Source: Sphyrna mokarran (taxonomy: Eukaryota). From it: a stretch of 64,000 nt of DNA. The stretch lies in NCBI GenBank assembly GCA_024679065.1, contig JAGIQG010000008.1:30442001-30506000 (forward strand), read 5' to 3'. A program made the translations under genes and the position numbers. The notes under the pieces are model-generated. The model had not been told where the DNA came from. It made no database searches and saw only the letters and a list, made by a program, of their open reading frames with translations. This document shows positions 25,992-37,539 of this stretch, one piece after another. Within the stretch, counting starts at the first letter, position 1. Every line of letters starts with the position of its first letter.

Positions 25992-26454
25992 TCAAGGGGG
26001 CCTTCGTGACACATGACAGCGCAGAGTTGCTGAGCAGAGACTGATAGCCAAGTTCTGCACACATGAGGACGGTCTTAATAGGGATCTTGGCTTCATGACA
26101 CACTATCTGTAACCACCGTAACTTGCCTGGGTTAGCAAAAAACCTCACTTACTGTGCTGTCTGGAGAAAATACACAATTCTCTAACAATGCTCAGGATCC
26201 CCTTCACACACATTGTTAGCCACTTTACCACTTGAATAGCAGGTTAGATGTAAGGATTCGCATTCTAATCAGCAATCTCTGACTGTCTGTGCTGATGTGT
26301 GCTATTGCAGACCAGAACACTGCATTTGCCTGACGAAGGCTATAGAGTCGAAAGCTTGCGAATTTACTATCAAATAAATCGGTTGGATTTAAAATTGGTG
26401 TTGTAAAACTTTACTGAGTTTACCTCAGTCCAACACCGGCATCTCTACATCATG
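25992..26454 (+). mobile_element. Penelope-like element 3' fragment (GIY-YIG C-terminus, pLTR and tail)
   Basis: Translates QGGLRDT*QRRVAEQRLIAKFCTHEDGLNRDLGFMTHYL* (stop 26110-26112); hammerhead; AATAAA; tail ...agtccaacaccggcatctctacatcatg. Confidence 0.8.
26324..26363 (+). ncRNA. Minimal type-I hammerhead ribozyme in a Penelope pLTR
   Basis: Stem I ATTTGC/GCGAAT; core CTGACGA; stem II GGC-tataga-GTC; GAAA; palindromic AGCT stem III; cleavage triplet CUU. Confidence 0.7.
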
Positions 26455-27132
26455 ACTGCCACTGAGAGGCATCTATCAGGTTTTGGACTCAATGGGGGAA
26501 CCGTCTGCTGTAAAACAATCCCTATTGCATTACCAATTTTCCCTCAGGTAGCCACTTAATTGATCTTAATTAGCCACACATCACTGCTGGGCAAGATCAC
26601 TCAGTTACACGTGGCGTTAATGACTCAACTCATAACCTTCAGAAACTCCCTGCCCTCCCTTCTCCAGAACTGCCTCTGGGTATCTGATAAGATTCCAACC
26701 CTTGTCTGCATGATACAGCAGAGCCTACTTAATCCTGTTGTGATAATTTTGTGCTTAGAAAGGACTGTAAGAATTGTAGAATAAGCATTATGTATCAGTC
26801 AGCTTCAAATTTAAAGGGACATTCCTTCCCATGTGTCATCTAAAATGATCAATCTCCATCAGACCCTGAATGAACATTCCTGTTATGGGATACTGCATTT
26901 TATGTAGAGTATAACATTCAGTGATATGGAAGCTGGCTCAAATCATTTCACTTAATCTGAACTGGTTTGAGCGTAGGGGCATACAGATCATCACTGACTA
27001 TATTTCCCAGCAGCAAAAGTTAATGGAAAGTGAACTGGCTTTCAAATTACAATTATAGTTAAGAATAAATGACTAGGACTAGGAGTTAGCACTGACACAT
27101 TTCAAACAGTGGGCAGTAAATATGGTGGTATT

Positions 27133-27475
27133 CATAGAAATCATAGAAACCCCAAAGTGCAGAAGGAGGTCATCTGGCCCATCGAATTTGCACTGACCAC
27201 AATTCTACCCAGCCCTACCCACATATCACTACAAATTTAGCCTCTCATTCCTCTAATCTACACATCCCTGGATACTAAGGATCAATTTTAACATGGCCAA
27301 TCAACTTAACCCACACATCTTTGGACTGTGGGAGGAAACCGGAGCACCCGGAGGAAACCCACGCAGAGAGGAGGAGAATGTGCAAACTCCACACGGATAG
27401 TGACCCAAGCCAGGAATCGAAGCCAAGTCCCTGGTGCTGTGAAGCAGCGATACGAACCACTGGGCTACCGCGTTG
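27133..27475 (-). mobile_element. HE1/V-SINE-type SINE (CR1 tail)
   Basis: Reverse head and V-core; (TTCTATGA)-type tail. Confidence 0.85.
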
Positions 27476-27499
27476 TCCATATTGTATTCATTTGTTTGA

Positions 27500-27785
27500 T
27501 AGCACAGTGGGCACAGCAGTTAGCACTGCTACCTCATAGCAACAAGTTCAATTCCTGGCTTGGGTTACTGTGTGTGTGGAGTTTGCACATTCTCCCTGTA
27601 TCTGCATGGGTTTCCTCCCACAGTCCAAAAGACATGCCTGTTAGGTGCAATTGCCCATGTAAATTCTCCCTCTGTGTACCCAAACAGTGCCGGAGTGTGG
27701 CAACTGGAGGTTTTTCACAGTAATTTCATTTCAATATTAATGTAAGCCTACTTGTGGCAATTATAAATAAACTTTAAACTTCAAA
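27500..27785 (+). mobile_element. V-SINE with type-2 tail
   Basis: Head and V-core then ccggagtgtggcaactggagg...aatgtaagcctacttgtggcaattataaataaactttaaacttc. Confidence 0.8.
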
Positions 27786-28184
27786 CTATGCTGACACGTA
27801 CACTTCAGGTACCAGATGACACTATGGACAGATTGTTACCTTGGGCATTGGGAGTATAAATGTCCAATTATTCATTCTCTTAGTGCCTATCTTATTGGTA
27901 TCATTGCCCGGTTTAGCTTTCCTGTGCAGTGCTACCTCTATGACTGCAGTATGGCTGACAGAAGATTGCTGGCCTTACAGGATACCCTCCTAGAAGGCCC
28001 AGTTTCAGAGTGAAACACATTGATGAGGCTCACAGACTTGTCAGGAACACTAAAAAGTATTTACTGACAAGGGGGGAAATTGTACAAAGGCTGACAGCCC
28101 TCCAGCTATCCTGCCCTGAAACATGTCTTGTACATGCCTTCAGACTGTTTTCTGTCTAAGAGAGGACTCCAGACCCATTCTCAG

Positions 28185-31085
28185 TTTTTTTTTAAGCGAC
28201 ACAGCACGGGAAACAGGCCCTTCGGCCCAACGAGCCCGCGCCGCCGTCATACTATATAGTAGCAAATCCATTATCCTATTTTAATATTCCTATATAATAA
28301 TATATGTATTATTCCTAATATGGAAAATTCTCACCATAGGGACAATTTGTTTCCCAATCAGCCTAAGAGCGAATTTTTGGGTTGTGGGAGGAAACCGGAG
28401 TGCCCGGAGAAAACCCACGCAACCACGGGGAGAACGCGCAAACTCCCGCAGACACCGGCCCAATTCCAAGTGTCTGCACAGCCACATCGATAGTCTCTGA
28501 GCTGTCATGGTGCCCTTCAGATGGTCCACATAAAGCACTCATTTACGACATGAGGTACCAGGCAACCCATGAATCAACATCCAAGAGCTGTACCCGCACC
28601 ACCTGCCGAATGCATGCTCAATGTTGGTCAAGTATGGACCGAATTACCTGTGGAAAAAAGCCGTAGTTAAACAGTCCTACTATATCCCTCTATCTGCATA
28701 CCGCTCATGTGGCTGTCCAAGAGACCCTTAAACAGCCCCAGCGTGCCTGCTCCCACCACCTTACTCGGCAGTGCATTCCACACCCCCACTACCCTTTGTG
28801 TGAAAAACTGCCCTCTAATATTCGTCCTATACATAGCCCCCCTCACCCTATGGCCATGACCTCTCGTCCTATCCATTTCTAAAGGTGGAAAAAGTTTACC
28901 TCCATTTACTCTATCTATACCCCTTATAATCTTATACACCTCTATGAGATCCCCTCTAAGCCGACGTCTTTCAAGGGAAAACAACCCCAGTCTATCTAAT
29001 CGTTCCTCATAAGACAGTCCTTCCATACCAGGCAGCATCCTGGTAAACCTCCTCTGCACTCTCTCCAAGGACTCCACATCCTTCCGATAGTACGGCGACC
29101 AGAACTGGGCGCAGTATTCCAAGTGAGGCCTAACCAAAGTTCTATACAACTGCAACATCAAACTCCTACTCTTGTATTCTATACCCTTTTCTATGAAAGC
29201 TAACATACTATACGCCTTCTTTATCACCTTCTCCACCTGTGAGGACACCTTCAGAGACTTGTGAACCTGCACCCCCAAGTCTCTCTGCGTCTCTATGCTC
29301 CGTATAGTTTTACCTTTTATCCTATAACTCTCTTCTACATTTTTCCGGCCAAAATGCATCACCTCGCATTTATCCGGATTAAATTCCATTTGCCATCTAT
29401 CTGCCCAGTCTACCAACCTGTCTATGTCCTGTTGTATTGCCTGACACTGCTCTTCTGTACCCGCCAATCCAAGCATCTTGGTGTCATCAGCAAATTTGCT
29501 GATCTCACCACCTACCCCTACTTCCAAGTCGTTTATGTAGACCACAAATAGAAGAGGACCTAGTACTGAGCCTTGTGGCACTCCACTAGTGACAGGCTTC
29601 CAGCCGGAAAAAGAGCCTTCCACTACTACCCTCTGTCTCCTCCTCCCGAGCCAGTTCTCGACCCATCTACATACCCGACCCTGTATCCCATGCGCCTTCA
29701 CCTTCTCTATCAGTCTACCATGAGGAACCTTGTCAAACGCCTTACTGAAATCCATGTAGACGACATCAACAGCCTGTCCTTCATCAACTGTTTTTGTCAC
29801 TTCTTCAAAAAATTCCACTAGATTTGTAAGACAAGACTTCCCCTTGACGAAGCCATGCTGCGTATCCCTGATCAGATCGCAGCGCTCCAGATGCTCATAC
29901 ATCCTGTCCCTAAGGATCCTCTCCATTAGCTTACCTATAACTGAAGTCAAGCTCACCGGCCTATAGTTCCCTGGGTGATCCCTCTGACCTTTTTTAAACA
30001 ACGGTACTACGTTTGCTATCCTCCAGTCCTCTGGGACCTCACCTGTGTCCAGGGAAGAGACAAAGATTTGCGTCAGAGGCCCAGCCAAGTCTTCCCTCAA
30101 CTCCCTTAGCAGCCTGGGGTAAATGCCATCAGGCCCCGGAGCTTTATATGTCTTTAAGCTGCCTAACAGCCCCAACACCTCTTTCCTCGTAATCCTTATT
30201 TCCCTCAACCGATCCTCAACTTTGTCAACATCAGGCACAGACATCTGTCCAGTCTCCTGCGTGAATACCGACGCAAAGTATTCATTCAGGATCTCCCCCA
30301 TTCCCTCAGGCTCTAAGCATAGATCCCCTCCTCTGTCCCTAAGAGGTCCATTCTTGCCTCTAACCATCCTTTTGCTCCTTACATAGGTGTAAAATGCCTT
30401 TGGATTTTCCTTAATCCTACCTGCCAGAGCCACCTCGTGGCCTCTTTTTGCCTTTCTAATACCCCTTTTAAGATCCCGTCTACACTCTCTATAAGCTTCC
30501 AGCGCTGTCTCAGTCCCTAGTTGCCTAGATCTAATGTAAGCCTCTCGCTTTTTCTTGATCAAGTTCTCAATCTCCCTGGTAAGCCACGGTTCTCTAATCC
30601 TACCTTTCCCATCCTTCCTCCTTGCCGGCACGTATCTTTCCTGCAGAGAGTTTAGTTTTCCCTTGAAAGACTCCCACATGTACCTCGTCGACCTGCCCTC
30701 AAAAAGCTTATCCCAGTCGGTATCTTTAAGATCTTGCCTAATCTGGCCGTATCTAGCCCTCCCCCAGTTAAATACCCTCCCTTTTGGGCCAGTCTCGTCC
30801 TTTTCCATTAATATCCTAAAGCAGACAGAGTTGTGATCACTATTTGACACCTGCTCTCCTACCTCGACGTCAACCACCTGGCCTGGCTCATTTCCCAGAA
30901 CCAAATCCAGTATAGCCCCATCTCTAGTCGGGCCATCCACATACTGCTCCAAGGACCCTTCCAAAACACACTGTACAAATTCCTCCCCGTCCACTCCTAC
31001 AGCCCTGGGCACACTCCAATCTACTCCAGGAAAATTGAAATCTCCCACTACTACCACCCTATTTTTCCTACACTTATCTAAAATG
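28185..31085 (-). mobile_element. Young 5'-truncated CR1 LINE with ~480-bp 3'UTR and poly-A tail
   Basis: Uninterrupted ORF2; CR1 3' end gggctcgttgggccgaagggcctgtttcccgtgctgt followed by an A tail. Confidence 0.95.
28667..31085 (-). CDS. CR1 LINE ORF2 (partial APE endonuclease plus reverse transcriptase), 5'-truncated
   Basis: VVVGDFNFP, ILDLVL, SDHN (APE); KAPGPDG, NYRPVSLTS, YMDFSKAFDKV, GVPQGSVLGPLLF, FADDTK (RT); ~805 codons with no stop or frameshift. Confidence 0.92.
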
Positions 31086-31602
31086 TGTAGTTCCCCAAGG
31101 CAGGTGCCTCTCTCTGCTGCATTGCCCTTAAAGAGACAATTACCACACTTAGCATTGGCACAGCAAGGGCACTGAGGAGGAATATGCTTTACTTGGCTCA
31201 AATGTTGAGCTCTGCGCCAAATTAAAATGAAATTCTTATTCATCCTTTGATAAATACAAATCAAAGATGAACAAAGTTTAAAAGGAGATGTGATCAATGA
31301 TCAAAATGTCTTTGAATAGCTAGCACTCAAGTGTGTTTACCTTCTTTGTCCTGTAGATGTAACATATTGATAAACTCAGGTTCCACCTTATTCCATATTC
31401 AAAGATTTATGAAAATTCTTCCAGTATGTTTCAACTGAACTCTCATTAATTCTATGAGACCTCATTAGATTATCTTATTTTATTGACATCCGTTTGTCTG
31501 GGGAGATGGTGGACAGTGCCCAGGATTCTGTGTTGAATATCATCTGTAGTTGCTGTACAGGCTGATTCATGAGTGCTCACCCTTTACACACTGAAGCCCT
31601 TC

Positions 31603-31900
31603 AAATCACAGAATTCTCGTAGTACAGAAGGAGGCCATTTGACCCATTGAGTCTGCACAATCCCAAACAGGCTCTAATTCTGTAACCCTCTTCTACCCTA
31701 CAAATACCCTACCCTAACGCTAGGGTCAATTTAGCATGGCCAATCAACCTAACCTGCACACCTTTGGACTGCAGGAGGAAGCATCCTGAAGAAACCCACA
31801 CAGACATGAGGAGAATGTGCAAACTTCACACAGGCAGTGATCTGAGGCTAGAATTGAACCTGGGTTCCTGGCGCTTGGAGGCAGCTATGCTAACCAATGT
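31603..31900 (-). mobile_element. HE1/V-SINE-type SINE
   Basis: Reverse V-core and head. Confidence 0.8.
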
Positions 31901-31999
31901 TATTTTTTTCTTTCAGTGGGCTGTCTTTACTGTTGTTATCTGGGAATCTCTTTTGTCCTCTACTTTCTCCACACCCTTCCTAATTGCTTGTCCATAGGC

Positions 32000-32900
32000 A
32001 TCCTGGTCAGCAGCAAGGATTTCCCATGCATCAGCTTCAATCCCTGGCAATTTTAAGTCTCACTCACAGACAGCCTTGTGTCAGATGTGGGCTACCTGTT
32101 GGACTTGTGCTGAAAGCAAGCTCATCATAGAGCATATCATCCATTTGGCTCCCGTGACTCAGCCAACAAAGTGGCTGACCACTCGAGAGCAAACATGCTG
32201 GGCATCCCTGCAAAATGGTGCACTTCAATGTCTGGCACTCCGTTGTGCCAGGAGGTGCCCAGTGTTTGTCTGAGGTAGCAGAGTTGGAAGTTGTTCAGCC
32301 GCTTTTCTTGGCTTGCATTAAGGAGTATGCTGAGAACATACGGAGCTTTGACTTTTTGGTTAGTTTGCTGTTGGTTCACAACTGACTTCTCAACTTTGAC
32401 ATGACAGCTGTGCCCCTGCCAATCCTACTGCTGATTTTGGCATCAAGTTTCAGGTTTCTAGCATTTGTTGATTCAATGCATGCAAAGCTGTCAAAGTGAG
32501 GTTGCTGCTGTTGGTGAAAGGTGGAGTCTTTTCACTCTGGCCCACAACTCTGCGGTCCCTGACACGGACTGTCAGTCCAAATCCCCTGCAGGCCTAGGGG
32601 AACTGATCTACAAGCTGTTGGAGTGAACTTCGGTACGGGATGCCAGTGTAACACCATCAGCAAATAGCAATTTGTGAATTGGACATTAAGCTTTCTGGTC
32701 TTGGCACACAGTGTTGTCAAGGTTGAACAGCTTGCCTTTGACTCTGGCAAGCAGGTAGACACTGTCATGTGAGTCACTGAAAATGTACAACGTGGGAAAA
32801 ATATACCAAAGAGAGTTGGTGCCCGGACTCAGCCCTGCTTTGATCCATTGCTGATCCTGAAAGCCTCCCCTTTGCTCCATTGTAACAAATAAAACTGTGC
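32000..32900 (-). mobile_element. Decayed RTE-clade LINE fragment
   Basis: Minus-strand pieces AFRISNGSKQG*VRAPTLFGIFF, LDAKISSRIGRGTAVMS, QEKRLNNFQLCYLRQTLGTSW resemble RTE/BovB RT and C-terminal motifs; frameshifted. Confidence 0.7.
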
Positions 32901-33024
32901 GGGTTTGACAGTCTGCTGAGACTTGATTCTAGCAGCTCTGAGTGCACCTAATCTTTGTTTGCCATGGACTTGCTTGTAGTTCATGAGAGGTGCCTTTGTG
33001 GTTGCAATTATTTCAGTCCATTCA

Positions 33025-33240
33025 GTTAAAATTTATTTATCAGTCACAAGTAAGGCTTACATTAACACTGCAATTAAGTTACTGTGAAATTTCCCTAGTC
33101 ACCACATTGCGGTGACTGTTCGGGTCAATGCAGCTAATCAGCATGGTTTTTTAGACTGTGGGAGGAAACCCACGCAGACACCAGGAGAGTGTGCAAGTTC
33201 CACACAGACAGTGACCCAAACCGGGATTTGAACCCAGCCT
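33025..33240 (-). mobile_element. V-SINE with type-2 tail, partial
   Basis: Reverse type-2 tail (gtcacaagtaaggcttacattaacactgcaa) and V-core. Confidence 0.75.
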
Positions 33241-35250
33241 CAGACAATAAGCATACCAGACAATACAGAGATATAGCTCCTGCAACTCCCTTCTTATACT
33301 TGAATAATTTTTGCAATTCCCATTTTGTAGTTCCTTGTCACCTGAGACACAAAATAGGTATCTCTTTTCCAGCAGGCACAGATACGATGGGCTGAGTGGC
33401 TGTAAATCTTTCTTTGTTTCCAAAAAGAGAATCGGTCTGCTGTATGAAACACAATCACACATTCGTTGTGAATTGTACTCTCTGTGTTGTAAAGCTAGTG
33501 GCATCCACTGTGTACTGGCACACTTGCTTATTTAACTTCCAACGAATGTGTTCCCATTATGTTGTAGACACAGTTGATGCTACAGTTAGATGGCACTGCA
33601 GAGCTCAGTGCTGGCTTTGGAATCACTGCAATCCTGATTTCAGAGTCGCTGGTCACATTTTGGGAGTGAAAAGGACCGGTGGTGCCACTCAGTTCTGATC
33701 ACAAACATGTCTGATTTTATTGAATTCCAACTTAGAGCCAGTTGCTGGGAAACGGGTCAGTCAGAGATGAGTGACAAGAAAAACTGGCATCAGTATCATG
33801 TGCGACAATGTTTTACCCTTGTTTACAGTCCTGCCAATAGTCCTGGGAGCAGGAGCAGTGCAAGGGCTGGGCAGGAAGTTAATTTTTCTGCACCATTAAT
33901 TAGGTAATTAAGCAATTGCTTAAAAACTGGCCTTTTAAAACATTCATTGAGATAGGTGGTGTTTGAAAGCTGAACATTTCTAACCTTTTGGCAATAGGGT
34001 CAGAAGCATGGAAAAAGCTTTATTTGGGACTGAAAAAAAAAGTGGACCTTTCAAAGAAAATCTATTCCACATAATGACATTTTAATAACACTAAATATTA
34101 CTCTATTCTATCTCAGATTCCAGCTCTTCAACTGCCCTGTCCACTTTGAAGGTTCAGATGCTTTCATTTTTTTTAAACCATGCCAGGTAGCCCAGATCAG
34201 AATGTGACCTATTTTCCTAATGTCCCACCTCCATTCCAGTTCTCCAGACATCCCGCCACCAGCAATGCACTGGCCATCATCCCCAACCCCTTTGCAACTA
34301 ATCCCTAGCCACCAGCAAAATCAGAGACATTTGTCCGCTTCCTGGCAGTCCTGAGTCTGCAACCCAAAAACAAACCCACCTCAACAGTCAATAGAATCAA
34401 TATATCAACAGTTCAGAATAACTGTACACAGATTGCACCTCCATGGAATTTGAATACAGGGTTATTAGGTTATCTTCAGTTCAATCTCTTGCACTGTTTA
34501 TTGATGCAGCTTTCTGTGGAAGACCATGAGATGTAGGAGCAGAAGTAGGCTATACGGCCCATCAAGTCTGCCCTGCCATTCAACGAGATCGTGTCTGCTC
34601 TAACAGAATAATCCTGAACTCCACTTTCTCATCTAATCCCTCTTGATTCTCTTCCTGCCTTTCTCAGCCTTGAGCATACTCAACAACCCAGCCTCTACAG
34701 CCCTCTGTAAAACTAGTACTGTCTATGAGTTTCAAAGTCTCTCCATATATTCCTTATACTTTACTCATTCATTCCCTCCAGACTGCCTGCATCTTAAAAA
34801 ATATTTGATTGACTTGTAGCTTAGAAGTCAAGCTAACCAGTTTAATCCAGCTATACTGTGTAGTTGAATTGATGTATGCTGGAATAGGGAGGGTTTAGAA
34901 TGGTCTTACCACCTGTCCTATCAAAAACAAAGTCCTCAGGATTTGCAGAATGAACATAACTTTTTAAAATATGATTCCTCCTCAATGGGTACCATGCCCC
35001 AAGAAGACATTGGTAACCATGGACTTGCATTTGATTGGTTCATAATTATGCTGGGAAGAGTATTGCAATGCTTTGCCTTCTGCATTCTGGCTGAGCAGGA
35101 AACTCTCCCACTCTTCATTGCATCAGCTTGTCTGGCCATGTAATGACCCTTCTCGTGGCCACCCAGTGAGACTTTCACCCAGAGGTAGGGATGCTAACAT
35201 TGTGCCACAAAACCTATAACATCCTTACCAAAGTAATATGAAGAAGATAA

Positions 35251-36206
35251 GGAGGGCGATTCTCCTAGCCCATTGTTCTATTCTAGCAGTGCAGCGGGCT
35301 GACGTTAGAGGAGACCGCTTAGTGAACTTCCCACTGGACGCCACAGCCTCCATGGTCTCCAGAACCTAGATTTCCAACATTGTCAGCTCCACGCTGGAAA
35401 TCAGTGCTGACCTGGTCTGAATATTGAAATCGCCACTTAAATATCATTAGCAGGCCCGGGACTGAAACCTCCAAGCCCACTAGCCTCTCCTCCCTTGCCA
35501 GGAGTGGTTCACTCCAGCAGGTTTACAACCATTCCCCACTAACAGGGAGCTGGCAGCTTACCCCGCTGGAGTGAAGGGAGGTCAGAGAGACCAGGAGGAA
35601 TGCCCCTGTACAGTGCCAGCCTGGCCCCCTGGTTCTGCCAGGGAACAAAGTGGCAATGCCTAAGGAGCATTTTGGCACCACACACTGGGCATCAGGCAGG
35701 GAGCAGGGCCTATAGAGGGAAATTGGTTGGGTTTGGAGTCCCGTTGCCAATCTGCATCAGGATCAGTGGTGGAGGGAGTGAAGGGGCTGATCAGGGCTGG
35801 CCTTCATGGGGGAATCGAGTTGGATCGGGAGGTCGGTGGACATGTCAGACCTGGCCTGGAGATATCTGGGAGGCCAGTCGACCTGGGGTTTGAGGGATCG
35901 GAGGGGCAGCAATGCTGTGCTGGCCAGTGTTTGGAAGACTGGCAGTGCAGGATTACTGTGCATGCATCTATCTCTGCGATGACAAACCGGTGCATGCGCA
36001 ATGGCCTACTCAGCGTTATGCTGCTGGTCTCTCCAGCGGGATTAGAGCCAGTGCACAGATTTTCAGGGTGAATCTCGCCAGGGCACTCTGTAGGACTCAG
36101 AGTGTAGGAGATTCATTCTGAAAATCCCATTAAATAAACCAGCGCAAGATACACCAGTTTTTACCTGAATTTGGCATTTTAGAACTTTTTTGGGAGAATC
36201 CCGGCC
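35251..36206. mobile_element. Non-autonomous TIR element (Harbinger-like)
   Basis: Left GGGCGATTCTCC; right GGAGAATCCCGGCC; GC-rich interior without transposase. Confidence 0.55.
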
Positions 36207-36399
36207 ACATAGCTTGTTTCTTACTTTACATTGCAAATCAACAACAAAAACATTTAATGTACCAACGTTATGTTGCTGATCTCTATGTTGCATATTTCAA
36301 GGTTGCTTGATATTTGAATTCCTGAGATATGATAAAGTGGGGAGGGAGTGGGGAGTGGTTAAACCAAATATAATAAAACAATTATAAAAGGAGGCTTAC

Positions 36400-36579
36400 T
36401 CTAAAGAATCAATGAGCTTCTTTGGCTCTACAGGTGGAGGGTAGATGACCTCTTCTACATGGTTCCGGTTGCAGTTTGCATAAGCGGTGGAGATGTGTAT
36501 GAAGGCTTCAAGTTTCTGCATCTTTCGGGCCAGCAATAGGAGCTGCTGTGTGGCAACCACATTGAGCTGCAGGGCATGT
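36400..36579 (-). CDS. Fatty acyl-CoA reductase (FAR family, FAR2-like), exon equivalent to vertebrate exon 4
   Basis: cttgcacag| ... |gtaagc; 180 bp; (K)[59 protein letters not shown](E); phase matches the upstream exon (AA|A = Lys). FAR1 versus FAR2 orthology not resolvable by eye. Confidence 0.95.
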
Positions 36580-37024
36580 CTGTGCAAGGCAAGAGCAAAG
36601 AAAAACAGGATCACGGAATGGGAAAACCAATCCCTGCCTGACGCAAACAAGTGTATTGGCAACCAGTCTAAACTCAACATTTCATCTTCTTGCAATTACG
36701 TGGGGCCTTGCTAGCACACAAAAAGCATCTCCTCTTCTTAAAAGAATGCCTTTGTAAACATGGGTGAATGCACTTGTCAGCAGTCACAGCCCGAAAGATA
36801 CAATAGCACTCTGAAACTATCAATCCATCCGCAAGGTGGCAAAGCAGTAAACATAGGAAAAATTTGCAAGTATGGACAGGCTCGTTGGCACCAACAGATA
36901 GCTCCATACAGTAAAAAGTAAACTCAATTCCCCTACTCCACTGAGGGTGGGATTTCAACTGCACTGTTATGAGGTGCCACTAATCAAGGTTTTCACCATG
37001 CCTCTCCTGTGAGAAGAAAAGCTA

Positions 37025-37151
37025 GCAAGTGGTCTGACAACACCAATTTTAAATCCAACTGATTTATTTGATAGTAAACTTGCAGGCTTTCAGCTTTTGT
37101 AGCCTTCTTCAGGCGAATGAGGTGTTCTGGTCTGCAATGGCACATATATCC
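37025..37151 (-). mobile_element. Short Penelope-like pLTR insertion with hammerhead (37078-37118)
   Basis: 11-bp TSD aagaaaagcta (37014-37024, 37152-37162); minus strand ATTCGC CTGAAGA A GGCT-acaaa-AGCT GAAA GCCT GCAAGT then AATAAA. Confidence 0.8.
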
Positions 37152-37539
37152 AAGAAAAGCTACACAGAGGTTTCTCATTGGAGTGTTGTTGTGTGCTTTC
37201 TAACAGCAGGTCACACACAAGCCTCCTCTCTGCAGGAGGTTCAAGACCCGGCAAGTTGTAAATGGAAGGACATAGGAGGAAAGGTTGGTTTTACACCACC
37301 ATGGAGCAAGCACAAATATGGAAATCTCTTTATGGGCCTGAAGGGATTGTTGGATTTCTTAATGAACAATCGGGAGTATGGAGTGGTCAGTTTCCAATTT
37401 AAAAGCTAGCTTATGCCGAGTTTTGTTCTAATCATGTTCCTCAACAGTGGGTACAAGAAGCATTTTGCAATGTTAACTTTGAAGGGTTCCTTTCCCAAAC
37501 AACTTTGGAAGTAAATGATACACTGATTGCTATACAATG

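Noticed and set aside
28290-28538. 82-aa ORF in the CR1 3'UTR, also at 18571-18819
   Set aside because: Its presence in both copies is explained by ~98% DNA identity; no recognisable domain and it overlaps the V-SINE core
31086-31297. N-terminal ~70 aa of the 876-aa ORF
   Set aside because: AT-rich flanking DNA in frame by chance; CR1 similarity starts near ILDKCRKNRVVVVGDFN
36800-36832. GWID on the minus strand resembling FAR exon 6 (GWIDNFNG)
   Set aside because: Wrong order (between exons 3 and 4), similarity ends after four residues, no suitable splice sites
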